DNA of 64,000 nucleotides from Hormiphora californensis (lineage: Eukaryota; Animalia; Ctenophora): contig CM035352.1 of NCBI GenBank assembly GCA_020137815.1, positions 8,246,001-8,310,000 on the forward strand. The letters are read 5' to 3'. The translations under genes were made by a program, and so were the position numbers. How positions within the stretch are numbered: position 1 is the first letter of the stretch; every line of letters begins with the position of its first letter. Below the pieces are notes generated by a model. That model had not been told where the DNA came from. It did not search any database and was given only the letters and a program-made list of their open reading frames with translations. Below, one piece after another: positions 12,772 to 26,083 of this stretch.

Positions 12772-12877
12772 CCTTCTATTCTTCACTGTACATACGCTGA
12801 TTGCTCTAGCTCATCATATCATTTCTTAGTTTACTGTTAACTGCTATGAGTACATTTTATTCCAATGTTTTATTTTA

Positions 12878-15800
12878 GTCGGGGCGAATCTTAATTTTTT
12901 GACACACTTTTTGGTGAAAAGCAAATTCCGGTTGTAACCCACCTATTTTGACCCGCTGAACACGATCCCGTCCATAGGTAAGCTCGCAAAAGTGAAGAAA
13001 ATGCCCAAATCGGCCACGCCCTTTTACCTGTATTTTCAGCCTGCAGCCAAAAACATAAATCCTCTTAGAATAGGACTAGAGACAAATCTGAGGGCACTTA
13101 AGTGATCAGCGCCCTCGCATTAGTGGGGGTAGGTGCTGGAATTAAGTCTCTATCTCATCTGGTTAATTAGATAATTGGATAATTAGGTTTGCGCATAACC
13201 GTTTTTTGGCTATATGGCTATAGCCACTTAGAAATGGCTTAGAGACTTTTCACTGGCGCCATTTTGTAGGCAATAGCCAAGTTATGGGGGGTCGACGAGT
13301 TGTGCAGCAAGACTTATCTCTTTCTGCACAACTCAACGATCTCGTTTCACACGAGCGATCTTGGGATTTCCCAGCGAACATGGTATATCCATCGACTAAA
13401 CCGAAACGAATCATAATATGTAACCATAGTTCACATTTAATCTCTATTCCCGACTGCAATTCCTTCTCCCTCTCTCTCTCCCGCAAAGAGAGAAACTGTT
13501 TTCCAGTTTAACGCTCTCTCTCTCTCTCTCCAATCTCTCTTTTTTACGGCAGAAATACACTCTCCCCCTCAGTTTAACGCTCTCTCTTCTTTTTTTACAG
13601 AAGAAACGATATCTCTCTCTCCCCTCAAACTACGCGATATGTCACGCACTGTGCTAATTAAAAAAATCCATCTTCACTTCCTAACTCAGTTGTGCAGCAA
13701 GACTTATCTCTTTCTGCACAACTCAACGATCTCGTTTCACACGAGCGATCTTGGGATTTCCCAGCGAACATGGTATATCCATCGACTAAACCGAAACGAA
13801 TCATAATATGTAACCATAGTTCACATTTAATCTCTATTAGCAAATTCCGGTTGTAACCCACCTATTTTGACCCGCTGAACACGATCCCGTCCATAGCATA
13901 GGTAAGCTCGCAAAAGTGAAGAAAATGCCCAAATCGGCCACGCCCTTTTACCTGTATTTTCAGCCTGCAGCCAAAAACATAAATCCTCTTAGAATAGGAC
14001 TAGAGACAAATCTGAGGGCACTTAAGTGATCAGCGCCCTCGCATTAGTGGGGGTAGGTGCTGGAATTAAGTCTCTATCTCATCTGGTTAATTAGATAATT
14101 GGATAATTAGGTTTGCGCATAACCGTTTTTTGGCTATATGGCTATAGCCACTTAGAAATGGCTTAGAGACTTTTCACTGGCGCCATTTTGTAGGCAATAG
14201 CCAAGTTATGGGGGGTCGACGAGTTGTGCAGCAAGACTTATCTCTTTCTGCACAACTCAACGATCTCGTTTCACACGAGCGATCTTGGGATTTCCCAGCG
14301 AACATGGTATATCCATCGACTAAACCGAAACGAATCATAATATGTAACCATAGTTCACATTTAATCTCTATTCCCGACTGCAATTCCTTCTCCCTCTCTC
14401 TCTCCCGCAAAGAGAGAAACTGTTTTCCAGTTTAACGCTCTCTCTCTCTCTCTCTCCAATCTCTCTTTTTTACGGCAGAAATACACTCTCCCCCTCAGTT
14501 TAACGCTCTCTCTTCTTTTTTTACAGAAGAAACGATATCTCTCTCTCCCCTCAAACTACGCGATATGTCACGCACTGTGCTAATTAAAAAAATCCATCTT
14601 CACTTCCTAACTCAGTTGTGCAGCAAGACTTATCTCTTTCTGCACAACTCAACGATCTCGTTTCACACGAGCGATCTTGGGATTTCCCAGCGAACATGGT
14701 ATATCCATCGACTAAACCGAAACGAATCATAATATGTAACCATAGTTCACATTTAATCTCTATTAGCAAATTCCGGTTGTAACCCACCTATTTTGACCCG
14801 CTGAACACGATCCCGTCCATAGCATAGGTAAGCTCGCAAAAGTGAAGAAAATGCCCAAATCGGCCACGCCCTTTTACCTGTATTTTCAGCCTGCAGCCAA
14901 AAACATAAATCCTCTTAGAATAGGACTAGAGACAAATCTGAGGGCACTTAAGTGATCAGCGCCCTCGCATTAGTGGGGGTAGGTGCTGGAATTAAGTCTC
15001 TATCTCATCTGGTTAATTAGATAATTGGATAATTAGGTTTGCGCATAACCGTTTTTTGGCTATATGGCTATAGCCACTTAGAAATGGCTTAGAGACTTTT
15101 CACTGGCGCCATTTTGTAGGCAATAGCCAAGTTATGGGGGGTCGACGAGTTGTGCAGCAAGACTTATCTCTTTCTGCACAACTCAACGATCTCGTTTCAC
15201 ACGAGCGATCTTGGGATTTCCCAGCGAACATGGTATATCCATCGACTAAACCGAAACGAATCATAATATGTAACCATAGTTCACATTTAATCTCTATTCC
15301 CGACTGCAATTCCTTCTCCCTCTCTCTCTCCCGCAAAGAGAGAAACTGTTTTCCAGTTTAACGCTCTCTCTCTCTCTCTCCAATCTCTCTTTTTTACGGC
15401 AGAAATACACTCTCCCCCTCAGTTTAACGCTCTCTCTTCTTTTTTTACAGAAGAAACGATATCTCTCTCTCCCCTCAAACTACGCGATATGTCACGCACT
15501 GTGCTAATTAAAAAATCCATCTTCACTTCCTAACTCAGTTGTGCAGCAAGACTTATCTCTTTCTGCACAACTCAACGATCTCGTTTCACACGAGCGATCT
15601 TGGGATTTCCCAGCGAACATGGTATATCCATCGACTAAACCGAAACGAATCATAATATGTAACCATAGTTCACATTTAATCTCTATTATTTGCCTCCACC
15701 CACCCCTCCGCCCACCCCCCCACCCCACCCCTCCTCCCCACCCACCTCCCCCGCCTCACCCGTCCCAAAGTAGAGGACTTTCTGAAACAGGTTACTATAG

Positions 15801-17243
15801 AGACAATCCTTGTGTTCTAATTCGCTAAGTCGCTTATCGCGTGTAAGTGTGTAACAACTCACAAATGTAGTAGCAAAACTACTCCCCCGATACTGCTTTG
15901 CAGGTACACTGCTCCTGCAGGCATACAGATACTAATTTTTGAGTAAATACTATCTGGTTGAATAACAATTTCAAGATCTAGATCTAAAATAAACCTCCGA
16001 TATTTTTTAATCCCTACTACCCTTCACCCGCCCCGAACCGCCCCGCCCACCACCAATATATTCATACTAAACAAAACTGTGGACTGAGAACAAATCCTTG
16101 CTAGTTCAGCCTTCTAACCTAATCGGACTTAATTAGTCCTAATCAGACAGATAGGTCTCACATTACACATATAATACGTACAATACCCGTCCTGCCACTT
16201 ATAATGTAAACCTACCATATGCCAGACCAATTCAAGATACTATAATACTATGATAATGAAACCCCAAACACCTAATATGTGGGTGACCTAAAATCCTAAA
16301 AACGGAGGCAAAACCTCGTACAATAACCTATGTAAAACGATAATAAACCACACCGCGGTAGCTATCAAGCTAATCGAGACTAAAGAATAGTAAGCGACAT
16401 CCCCTCTTGTCGCAGGGGGATAGAGCCACGGAGCCAAGAATCACAGAAAGAAGAATCAAGATTCTGCGACTCTCGAAGGAGTTTAGTCTCCCGAACCCAA
16501 AGCCACCTATAATGCGAACCTGTCCTGTGGGCAGTTCCTGATGGTGGGGGAGGGGAGGGGGGCTATTCTCCTAGTGCCGGCGATATCGCTTTGCGATAGT
16601 CCCCTGTGGGCTTGCCGTTGGCAAGCCCAGGCACTCCGTAGATAGATAGATGGGGGGTCGACGTCGGACTTTTAAGCTCTATCTCCAACCGTTTAGCCGT
16701 TATTTGGCTTAAACGATGCTCAAAATCGGGCTTTTTACCGTTTTTCGGTCATATTGAGCATCGATTAAGCCCAATAACGGCTAAACGGTTGGAGATAGAG
16801 CTTAAAAGTCCGACGTCGACCCCCCATAACTTGGCTATTGCCTACAAAATGGCGCCAGTGAAAAGTCTCTAAGCCATTTCTAAGTGGCTATAGCCATATA
16901 GCCAAAACACGGTTATGCGCAAACCTAATAATCCAATTATCTAATTAACCAGATGAGATAGAGACTTAATTCCAGCACCTACCCCCACTAATGCGAGGGC
17001 GCTGATCACTTTAGTGCCCTCAGATGTGTCTCTACTCCTATTCTAAGAGGATTTATGTTTTTGGCTACAGGCTGAAAATACAGGTAAAAGGGCGTGGCCG
17101 ATTTGGGCATTTTCTTCACTTTTGCGAGCTTACCTATGGACGGGATCGTGTTCAGCGGGTCAAAATAGGTGGGTTACAACCGGAATTTGCTTTTCACCAA
17201 ATAGTGTGTCAACCACTTCTTTTTGTGAGAGATTCGCCCCGAC
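12878..17243. mobile_element. 4.4-kb non-autonomous foldback-type DNA transposon with about 400-bp TIRs and an internal 925-bp tandem array
   Basis: TA|GTCGGGGCGAATC ... GATTCGCCCCGAC|TA. About 12900-13295 is the reverse complement of about 16815-17210. A 924-926 bp unit repeats three times (12921-15690). There is a roughly 180-bp palindrome at 16650-16828. No transposase seen. Confidence 0.85.
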
Positions 17244-18143
17244 TATTTACTCCTGCAGCCCTTGAACAGAGTGTTTGCCTTGCTTATTGCTAGCTTCCTT
17301 TAGAGGACCGGGTTGCGTTTTTGGCGCTCAAAAGAGCGCGCGCGGCCCTTTTTGAACAACATACACACTGGCTGGCAAACAGACAGACGGGACAGTCTGA
17401 CGATTGACACGGCAGACTGTGAAGTGTGACAGAGAACGATAGCGGTCTTGTGGCAATTTCTAATGGCTCATCCTGTATTACACTGTCTCTTATTATAGAT
17501 TACCACTGTACCAATGTTTAATATGACCTGCTAGTGAGGAAGCAAAGCTTTTTGATTTGCTTTTGCTTTCTAGTGAGTAGTAAGCATGTAATTTGCTTTT
17601 GGTAGTCCAGTTTCCAGTATATGATGTTCTGCCTGTTCTTTATGATGCAATTTCTCGCTTTGAGTTTGTTCTCAACACATAGCTCAAGTCACTTGAGAAT
17701 TGAGTGTAGAATTTCACATGGCACTGTTGTTGTACAGTCTGCAGCTACACACTGTATTATTACATGTAGTCTACATTTACCAAGTCCTGCTCTGCCAATG
17801 CGCATATATTCTTCACCGGAAGAGATTTACTATAATGCTATTCAGTATTATCCTGGCTTGAAGCTTTGTGTGTCGTTGCTATGGATACCCAATAGCTTTT
17901 AGGGAAGGCCAAAGGAAAATGACATTATTTCCCAGTCCCCTCGCATGCGTTTACAAACTTGTCCGCTTGGTTATCAGATGTTATTTGAATTCAGTCTCCT
18001 TTTCTTTTAGTAACATACCTGTGTATGGTGTACCGCCTAGTGTAGCTCACATTGCATTTTATGCACGCTCTGAGGTTTCGGCAGAGCAATACATTGTACT
18101 TCCCTACGTTGTAAAATATCCCTGTATTTTAGGGTAGAGAGCC

Positions 18144-19421
18144 ATGTTTGCAGACGACTCTAAGATCAATATCATGATCTCGTACAGTCACCAAGACTCC
18201 GAGATAATGCAGGGAATCATGGACCTCTTAACAACCCACGGGTTCGGTGTCTGGGTAGATACTAAACTGAAGGGAGGGGCCAACTTCTTTAAAGACATTG
18301 GTAGTGCTGTGATAGGTTGTGATATCTTTCTCTTTCTTCTATCCGAGCACTCTATATCCAGCAAGTATTGTCAAGATGAGTTGTCCCTCGCTAGGATATC
18401 TAACAAGCGAATCCTGCCTCTCACTTACTGCTCCTTCCGGGAAATAACGGGTGCCATGGAGGCGGGTTTCAGACTCATCCTCTCCTGTGTCCAATGGGTG
18501 TGTTTAGACCCGAAAGAAGAGGAGATAGACAACAATAAACGGTTTTTGGAGAGTTTGAACGAGGTGCTGCAGAGTGAGCTAAGTGAGGATGCCAGGCTTG
18601 CTAACTATACAGTAGTGGCAGATGAAAACCACGAGGAGGAAATGTATAGAAGCATGGGAACTCTCCGGAGAATGAACTCCAAGCACTTCACAGAGTTCTG
18701 GACTAGGAACTTTGGGGACGCTGACTCGGTCCTGGTTACGAGTATACTGGACCAGATAAAGGTTGACTATTACTGGGACTATCTGAGTCTCAACCTGGAG
18801 GATAGTTGGGCACTAAAGGCCATGACATTGTGGTGTTTCAACCTGGAACGGAACTGTAAAACCCTCACCCGGAAGCAATATGATGAGTTCGTCTACCCTG
18901 ATGGGAGGCCCCAGGAAGGCGGTCCTGTCTCAGCTGATTTTGACAGGTTTTGGATCCGGTGCAAGGATGGGTTCAGTGTTCGGCTCAGTATGCAGGAGGT
19001 GTTTGATTCGGAGAGTAGTGTCCGGTTCGATAGCATTCGGAATCTCAGCAAAATCAAAAGTAAACGAGTTGTGATCGCACTGTGTAAACTACTCCGTGAT
19101 TCAGATCCTAATATCAGGGCTGTGGCATGTATCTCCCTCTCCTACACTGCCCACCAGGGCAACGCTGACAAGTTAGTTGTGCTTCTAAAAGACCCTGACC
19201 GGTTGGTTAGGGAGAGTGCGTGTTTGGCCCTGGCCAGGTTGAAAGTTCCTGCTACTGTTCCTGCACTGTTGCTGACATGGCGGAATGACGTCATCAGTGA
19301 CGTTAGGAGTGCGGCGATGAAGGCCCTGGAGGCAATAGATAGTAGTGAGGCGAAGGAGGGTATCAGGGTGGTTCATACTCTGCAGGAGGAGTTCCAGAAA
19401 CTTGCTAGCAGTGACGAATAG
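18144..19421 (+). CDS. Intronless TIR-domain protein with C-terminal HEAT-like repeats
   Basis: N-terminal IMISYSHQD...GFGVWVD...IGSAVIGCDIFLFLLSEHSISSKYCQDELSLA...RILPL (TIR_2-type). C-terminal LCKLLRDSDPNIRAVACISL, LLKDPDRLVRESACLAL and DVISDVRSAAMKAL repeats. Confidence 0.9.
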   Translation: MFADDSKINIMISYSHQDSEIMQGIMDLLTTHGFGVWVDTKLKGGANFFKDIGSAVIGCDIFLFLLSEHSISSKYCQDELSLARISNKRILPLTYCSFREITGAMEAGFRLILSCVQWVCLDPKEEEIDNNKRFLESLNEVLQSELSEDARLANYTVVADENHEEEMYRSMGTLRRMNSKHFTEFWTRNFGDADSVLVTSILDQIKVDYYWDYLSLNLEDSWALKAMTLWCFNLERNCKTLTRKQYDEFVYPDGRPQEGGPVSADFDRFWIRCKDGFSVRLSMQEVFDSESSVRFDSIRNLSKIKSKRVVIALCKLLRDSDPNIRAVACISLSYTAHQGNADKLVVLLKDPDRLVRESACLALARLKVPATVPALLLTWRNDVISDVRSAAMKALEAIDSSEAKEGIRVVHTLQEEFQKLASSDE

Positions 19422-19489
19422 AAGAGGGTTTATAATCGAATCATTGTAAAATTTTGAGACATACTGTAAATCTTTAGGTATCACTGCTT

Positions 19490-20210
19490 GTACAACTTAT
19501 AACACTGCCCAGTGTTATAAGTTCTGACTTATAACACTGGGCAGTGTTATAAGTGAAAACTTATAACACTGGGCAGTGTTATAAGTGAAAACTTATAACA
19601 CTGGGCAGTGTTATAAGTGAAAACTTATAACACTGCTGCACTTAGAAGTCCTTACTCCACTGTTTCTGTCACACTTAAAAACCGTTAGAAAGATAAGCAT
19701 TTACGAACTCCCTCTCTCTCTCTTTCTTTGTGTCACACTCTCAAGCCGTTGCAACACCGAGATCAAGATAACAGTCACGAACAGCTAGACCCACACATTC
19801 TTTATCTCTCTCACTCTCGCTAATCTCTCACTCTCTTTACCTATAGATCTCAGACGTTATCTTATCTCTGCCTGCTACCTTATTATGAATTCGTTCTATT
19901 GTTACGCCCTAAACTGTCTCTCACTCTTGTTTTAAAAATTTTACAATGCAATTTTATTATGCCTATTTTCGTTGTACCTGACGTCAACAATAATGTCCCA
20001 GATTCTTACACTTTTAGACCTCGCAGGCTCGGTCAAAAAGTAAAACTACATCACTCGCAGGCTCGTGAGGTAGTTACACTTAGTGGCACTCGCAGGCTCG
20101 TGCACTAAAGTACAAGAATCTGCCTCGACCTGTGGTCTCGGATCATTATTGTTGTACTTATAACACTCGACCTTCGGTCTCGTGTTATAAGTTTTCAGGT
20201 ACAACTTATA
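19490..20210. mobile_element. Direct-repeat-bounded non-autonomous element with a multi-hairpin end (Crypton-like, inferred)
   Basis: GTACAACTTATA at both ends; 32-bp palindromic tandem units (TTATAACACTGGGCAGTGTTATAAGTGAAAAC) at 19497-19635; hairpin cluster at 19985-20192 shared with 41917-42125. Confidence 0.55.
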
Positions 20211-20935
20211 GGCATAATAAAATCCTACAATGTATGTTAGCAGGGGTCAAATGACGGATTGGAGAGAGAACTTGTTTCATCACTCTATTCTAGACTAACT
20301 AAATCAGCAGAGATGTCGCTAGCAGTGTCATATAAGAATTGTTTTACCGCTTCAAATTGTCAAATACTATCACTGAAATGTAGAGATATGACGAGCACAC
20401 GTTCATTCAACCCATAATAATAATGTAGCGAGTGTGGTTTTATTTTCTGTAGATTTACTTCTTTGATTCAAGAGTGTAAATAGTGACTATCAAATGTGTT
20501 TATGTTTCTTATAGTTTTGTTCTTTAAATTGTGTCTATTAATTTGCCCTATTCACCTACACCATGTTCTCACCTCCTTCTCTTCCAATGCCCCTTTTTTC
20601 TAATACATCTCCCTTCCTATCAAAGGAATGAGTCCTCCCTGTGTACCACAGCTCTGGGTTTAAGTGCAGCGTCCCCCTTGCATAGAACCACCCTAGCTCT
20701 ACCTATCTACCTATCTCACTTCCTATCAAAGAGTTCATGATAACATGAGTCCTCCCTGTGTACCACAGATGGGTAGCAGCGTGGAGACACCCTCCCATTT
20801 TGTCCCTTCCCATCCCAAACTATATCTTGTATGCGCCCAATTAACCCACCTCCTCCCTGCCCCAGACCCCTCGCCATTACCAACTATACGAATAATAACC
20901 CTCCTCCTCCCTGCCCCAGACCCCTCGCCATTACC

Positions 20936-23900
20936 ATGCCACAACAGAAGCTAAGTGCCTTCTTCTCCACCTCCAAGACCCCTCCCAAGCCCTCTCCTGT
21001 TCGAACTGCCGTCGCTGCTGTTATAATAGAGGAGGATAATGATGTTGATGAAGCCGTGGTTGAGGTTAGTGGTTGAGGTTAGTGGTTGGGTGGTTGAGGT
21101 TAGTGGTTGGGTGGTTGAGGTTAGTGGTTGGGTGGTTGAGGTTAGTGGTTGGGATAATTATCTGTTAGTTTAGTGGTAAGTGGTTGAGGTTAGTAGATGT
21201 TAGTTTAGTGGTTGTGAATTATGTTCTAACCTGGACACTGTGAGAGAGTGTAGAACAAGGCAATGTAGAGGGGTAGTTTAATCGAAGTCGATGGGGATGG
21301 AGAATATGGGTTGGTATTATGAAATATTGGTTCTCACCCCCCCCTATTGTGTCTCCAGGTGAAGCGTGTACGAATATCATCTGATGTAAGAGAGGTCTCC
21401 GCCTCCCCTCCCTCGTCCCCTCCCTCATCTCCAGTGAACCAGAGCAAGCGACGCCGGGTCCAAATCCTTGAGAGTGATGACGAGAGTGAGAACGAGGAGA
21501 ACCAGGAGCCAGCAGAGAAGGCCACCCCAAAACGGGCCACTGCAAAGTTGTCCAAGGCGTTCCGGAGCAAGATTGCTAACCGTGTCCAGACACCTTTTGT
21601 AAAGAAGGAGGGTGTCGAGGAGGAGGAGGTTAAACCGTCACCCATTGCCTCTCGGTTAGCCTCCTTTGCGTTTAAAAAGAACAGTACAGAGAAGGAGAAG
21701 GAGGAGGTGGAAGAGGAGGGAAAGATGGAGGTGGAGGAAGATAAATCACCTAAATCAGAGCCAGCCTCCCCAACAAAATCACCCTCACCAGCTAAATCAC
21801 CATCACCTGTCAAAAAGACACCGGTTTCAAACAAAAAATCCAAACCAGAACTGAAACCAAAAGCTGAGAAAAAGACGCCAAAATCAGCCAAAAAGCCACC
21901 ACAATCTACTAAAAAGACACCTGAGGCATCTAAAAAGACGCCTGAGTCAGCTAAAAAGACGCCTGAGGCTTCTAAAAAGACGACGTCTCTAGTTTCGGCA
22001 GGTTCAGCTAAAAACTACAACCCTGGGAAGAGCAGTTACAGCCCACTGTCTGATGCCTCATGGTCCAAGGGCCAGGATGTACCTTACTGTGCACTGACAG
22101 ATACCCTCAAGGTAGGCTTGGCATGATTTGTTGGTAACACCATGGTAACACAATGGTAACATCATGGTAACACCATGGTAACACCATGGTAACATCATGG
22201 TAACACCATGGTAACACAATGGTAACACCATGGTAACATCATGGTAACACCATGGTAACATCATGGTAACACCATGGTAACACCATGGTAACAACTAACA
22301 CCATGGTAACACCATGGTTACACAATGGTAACACCATGGTAACACAATGGTAACACCATGGTAACACTATGGTAACACAATGGTAACACCATGGTAACAC
22401 GCCCGGTTTCCTCTCAGGCTATTGAAGAAGTGTCAGGGCGATTAGAGAAGACGATGATACTGAGCAACTTCCTCCGCTCAGTTGCCATCCTTACTCCTGA
22501 TGATCTTCACCTGTGTATCTATCTGTGTACCAACCAGGTAAAATGTTGTCATGCTACATGACCTTCGGCCCGGTTCGGAGAGGACAGTCTTTTATGAAAC
22601 AAGCCCAGACTCTCTCAAACAGTATAGAGATAGTCTACTGTTCTGTATTAACGGGAGATGGATAAAAACATAACTAATCTATCGATATATTTATAAAATC
22701 GCTCCATACCTCTCTCTAGGTTGCTCCTGCCTACAAGGGTATAGAGTTGGGGGTTGGTGAGACAGTGGTAATGCGGGCTATCCAGGAGGCTTGTGGGGTT
22801 AACGTTGCAACACAGAAGAAGATGATTGTTGAAATGCGTGAGTTATCTCTTTTAATGTTACCTTGGTAACATGTATACAATTCTTTACCCTCGCCCACTT
22901 CTGGCTTAAAAAACCATAAGTTTGGGCCGTGGGGTAGTCGGTAGATATTACTTTGTCCCATTGTGTAGATACAAAGTCTGTAACTAACGTGTTTCAGAGG
23001 ACCTTGGCAGAGTGGCAGAGGCATCTCGATCCAAACAGAAGCTGATGTTTAAACCTAAACCCCTGACAGTGAAAACAGTTTTCAAGACTTTACTTGATAT
23101 CACAGCCATCAGTGGCAATCAGGGTCAAGGTATTGGCAGTCTTTTCTTAATTAACTTTAGACTTCTTCAGATGACCTGATTGTTTTACATGATAATCACT
23201 GTCATATCAGTTCAGCTGAAGAAATTTAATTAACTTCTAAAGCCTACATGGATCATTTCCAATGTGTAGTTATATCGAGTATTTATTCTCTCATCCTCTA
23301 TTAACTCTCTTCTCTCTCGCCCACACAGCCCAGAAGATAGGACTAATTAAGAAGTTGATAGTATCATGTACTGGATCTGAAGCCCGGTTTATTCCCCGCT
23401 CTCTGCTCGGAAAGTTGAGGTGTGGGTTGGCTGAACAAACTGTATTGGTTGCAGTGGGGCACGCTACCATACAGACACCACCCGGAGGTAAGCTGTCAGG
23501 CCAATGCTCTGACAGGAGGTAAGAGGAAATAGAAGTTTTACTAGAACAATATTCTTCCTAAAATATTTTACAAAAGAGCAGCAAAACCTTTACTTGTATT
23601 ATGAACATCTCAAGTACTCCCCTAGAATACCTCTCTCCTCTCTCACACCATGCACCACGTGATCAGTTGTATGGCAGTACCAGACCCTGCTTTCTTGGCA
23701 GCTACCGGCAGTGCACTCAGATCGGGTCGGCGCAGCTAGGTAATTAATCACTACAACTTCTCAGGTGATGAGGAACAAGCCATTAGTAAGTCCAAACTGG
23801 ACAGTGCAAAGGCAGAGGCAGCCGAGGTGGTAAAAACGTGTTTCTGTGAGTGTCCCAACTTTGAGCACATTGTCGGAGTGATCCGGGAACATGGTGTAAT

Positions 23901-25592
23901 GGACGCTCATGAGCACTGCAAGCTGACACCGGGGATCCCTGTGAAACCAATGCTGGCACATCCCACCAAGGGGGTCTCAGAGGTAATTATGGGGGTATTT
24001 TGCGGGGGGGGGGGGTATCAGGGGTAATTATGGGGTATTTTGCGAGGGGTAATTGGGGGGGGGGGTTTCACGTGATGTGATCTAGTGAAACAAATATAAC
24101 GACTCTCTCCTCATATCAGACAAATGAAAATGAAAATGAAAATGTTTACAAATTACAATTTCAACCCCCCCCCCCCCCTGTACAGGTGTTGTCCAGGTTT
24201 GAGGGAGGTGAGTTTACCTGTGAATACAAGTACGACGGTGAGAGAGCTCAGATACAGCGATCATCAACGGGAGAAATGTCCATATTTTCTAGGTAAGTCA
24301 TGGATAACTCCGCGCCGGCAAGGGGCATATAGCGGGCTACCAAGGAATTGTGAAAAGTTAAAAAACATCTGAACAGCTAACCATGGTAACCACGGTAATA
24401 ACAGCTAACCATGGTAACCATGGTAACAGCTGCCACCCCTCCCAGCTATGGTAACCATGGTAACACCCCTCCCAGCTATGGTAACAACCAACACCCCACC
24501 CCCATCAGGAACCAGGAGAATAACACCTCTAAATACCCGGATATTATTGGAAGAATGAGTAACTGTATGGCGGACACCACTGAGAGCTTCATTCTGGATT
24601 GTGAGGTGGTAGCATGGGATGTGGAGAAAGAGTTGATCTTACCATTCCAGGTAATTGTTGTGGGTAGTTACTAAAAGTTGCCCATGAATGTAGAATATAG
24701 CTCCCCCCAGCTACTTCTCTCTCTCTCTAGTTAACCCATTTAACTCTCATCTATCCCCTACCAGATACTGACAACACGAAAACGCAAGGACGCTGATGTG
24801 AACGAGATCAAGGTGAAAGTGTGTCTCTTCGCATTTGATCTTCTCTACCTGAACGGGGAGAGTCTGGTCAGAAGACCCCTCCGGGAACGCCGGGAGTTGC
24901 TCCTGAGCGCATTCAACACAGTTAAGGGAGAGTTCCTGTTTGCCACGGGCAAGGACTGTTCTGATCCTGAAGAGATTCAGGAGTTTCTGGAGGAGAGCAT
25001 CAAGAGGCAATGTGAGGGTCTCATGGTGAAAAGTCTGGATAAAGATGCGACCTATGAGATCGCCAAGAGGTCCCATAATTGGTTGAAGGTGAAGAAAGAT
25101 TATTTGGAGGGAGTTGGCGATTCCCTTGATTTGGTTGTAATTGGAGCCTTCTCGGGGAAGGGTAAGAGATCTGGGGTATACGGTGGGTATCTCCTGGCGT
25201 GTTATGACCCTGATGATGAACAATACCAAGCCATCTGTAAGATAGGTACTGGTTTCTCCGATGAGGACCTATCTTCCCATTACAAGGCGTTATCAGAACA
25301 CAAGATTGATAGCCCCAAATCCTACTACAGCTACCCTGACTCGAGTGCTCCTGATGTATGGTTTGAGCCCACTGTTGTATGGGAGGTGAAGTGTGCTGAT
25401 CTCTCCATTTCTCCTGTCTACACAGCTGCAGCGGGAATAGTTGATTCCACCAAGGGGATATCCCTTAGATTCCCTCGGTTTATTAGAGTCAGAGATGACA
25501 AGGGGGCAGAGGATGCAACAAGTGCTGAGCAGGTCGCTGAGCTGTATAACAAACAGGACAACAAGCAAGAGGGACGGGGAGAGCATTTTTAA
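20936..25592 (+). CDS. LIG1: DNA ligase I
   Basis: N-terminal PIP box QQKLSAFF; charged linker; [24 protein letters not shown] (active-site Lys), [26 protein letters not shown] and SLRFPRF motifs across GT-AG exons. Confidence 0.97.
22133..22400. repeat. About 11-bp minisatellite (CCATGGTAACA)n
   Basis: Direct reading; LIG1 intron. Confidence 0.95.
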
Positions 25593-26083
25593 TTTGCAGA
25601 ATATGTGATGTGATTTCCGGTGATATGCCGGAAAACGTTTTAAAAGTGATGAGTTATTTGTTGGAAATTATGTATGTTTTTCGATATAACGTTTTTCCAT
25701 AATGATAAATAACTCGTGTTTGATAACAGTTGCCCTTATTAAATCAAATTTGTCCCTAAGTGAACAAATCTCCATTTTCAAGCGCAGGCGCGAGATTCGC
25801 TGAAATACGATACGTAAACCGCCGCGCGATTTTCATTTGAATTTCGCGCGCGGCGTCTCACTCTCAGCTCATTTCACATTTTTTACTCGGATGTGTCATT
25901 TTCAAAAAATTCCGAAGAAATTCATCTCATCGGCGACAACCAGTCACGTGAGAATCTCACATGACTGGTTGTTGCGTGACCGGTAACGGTGATTCCCATG
26001 CAATCATGCATGAATGACTGAGAAGCCAAAATTGGACCTTTTAAGCATCACCACAATTAGTTGTTGTATAGAGAGTTTTCAAT

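Noticed and set aside
13250-15828. Repeated 67-95 aa ORFs
   Set aside because: They arise from the 925-bp tandem unit of a non-coding transposon; no domain motifs.
16394-16421. H-type pseudoknot (GCGACA/TGTCGC and TCCCCT/AGGGGG)
   Set aside because: Connecting loops are too short and there is no second copy or coding context to support it.
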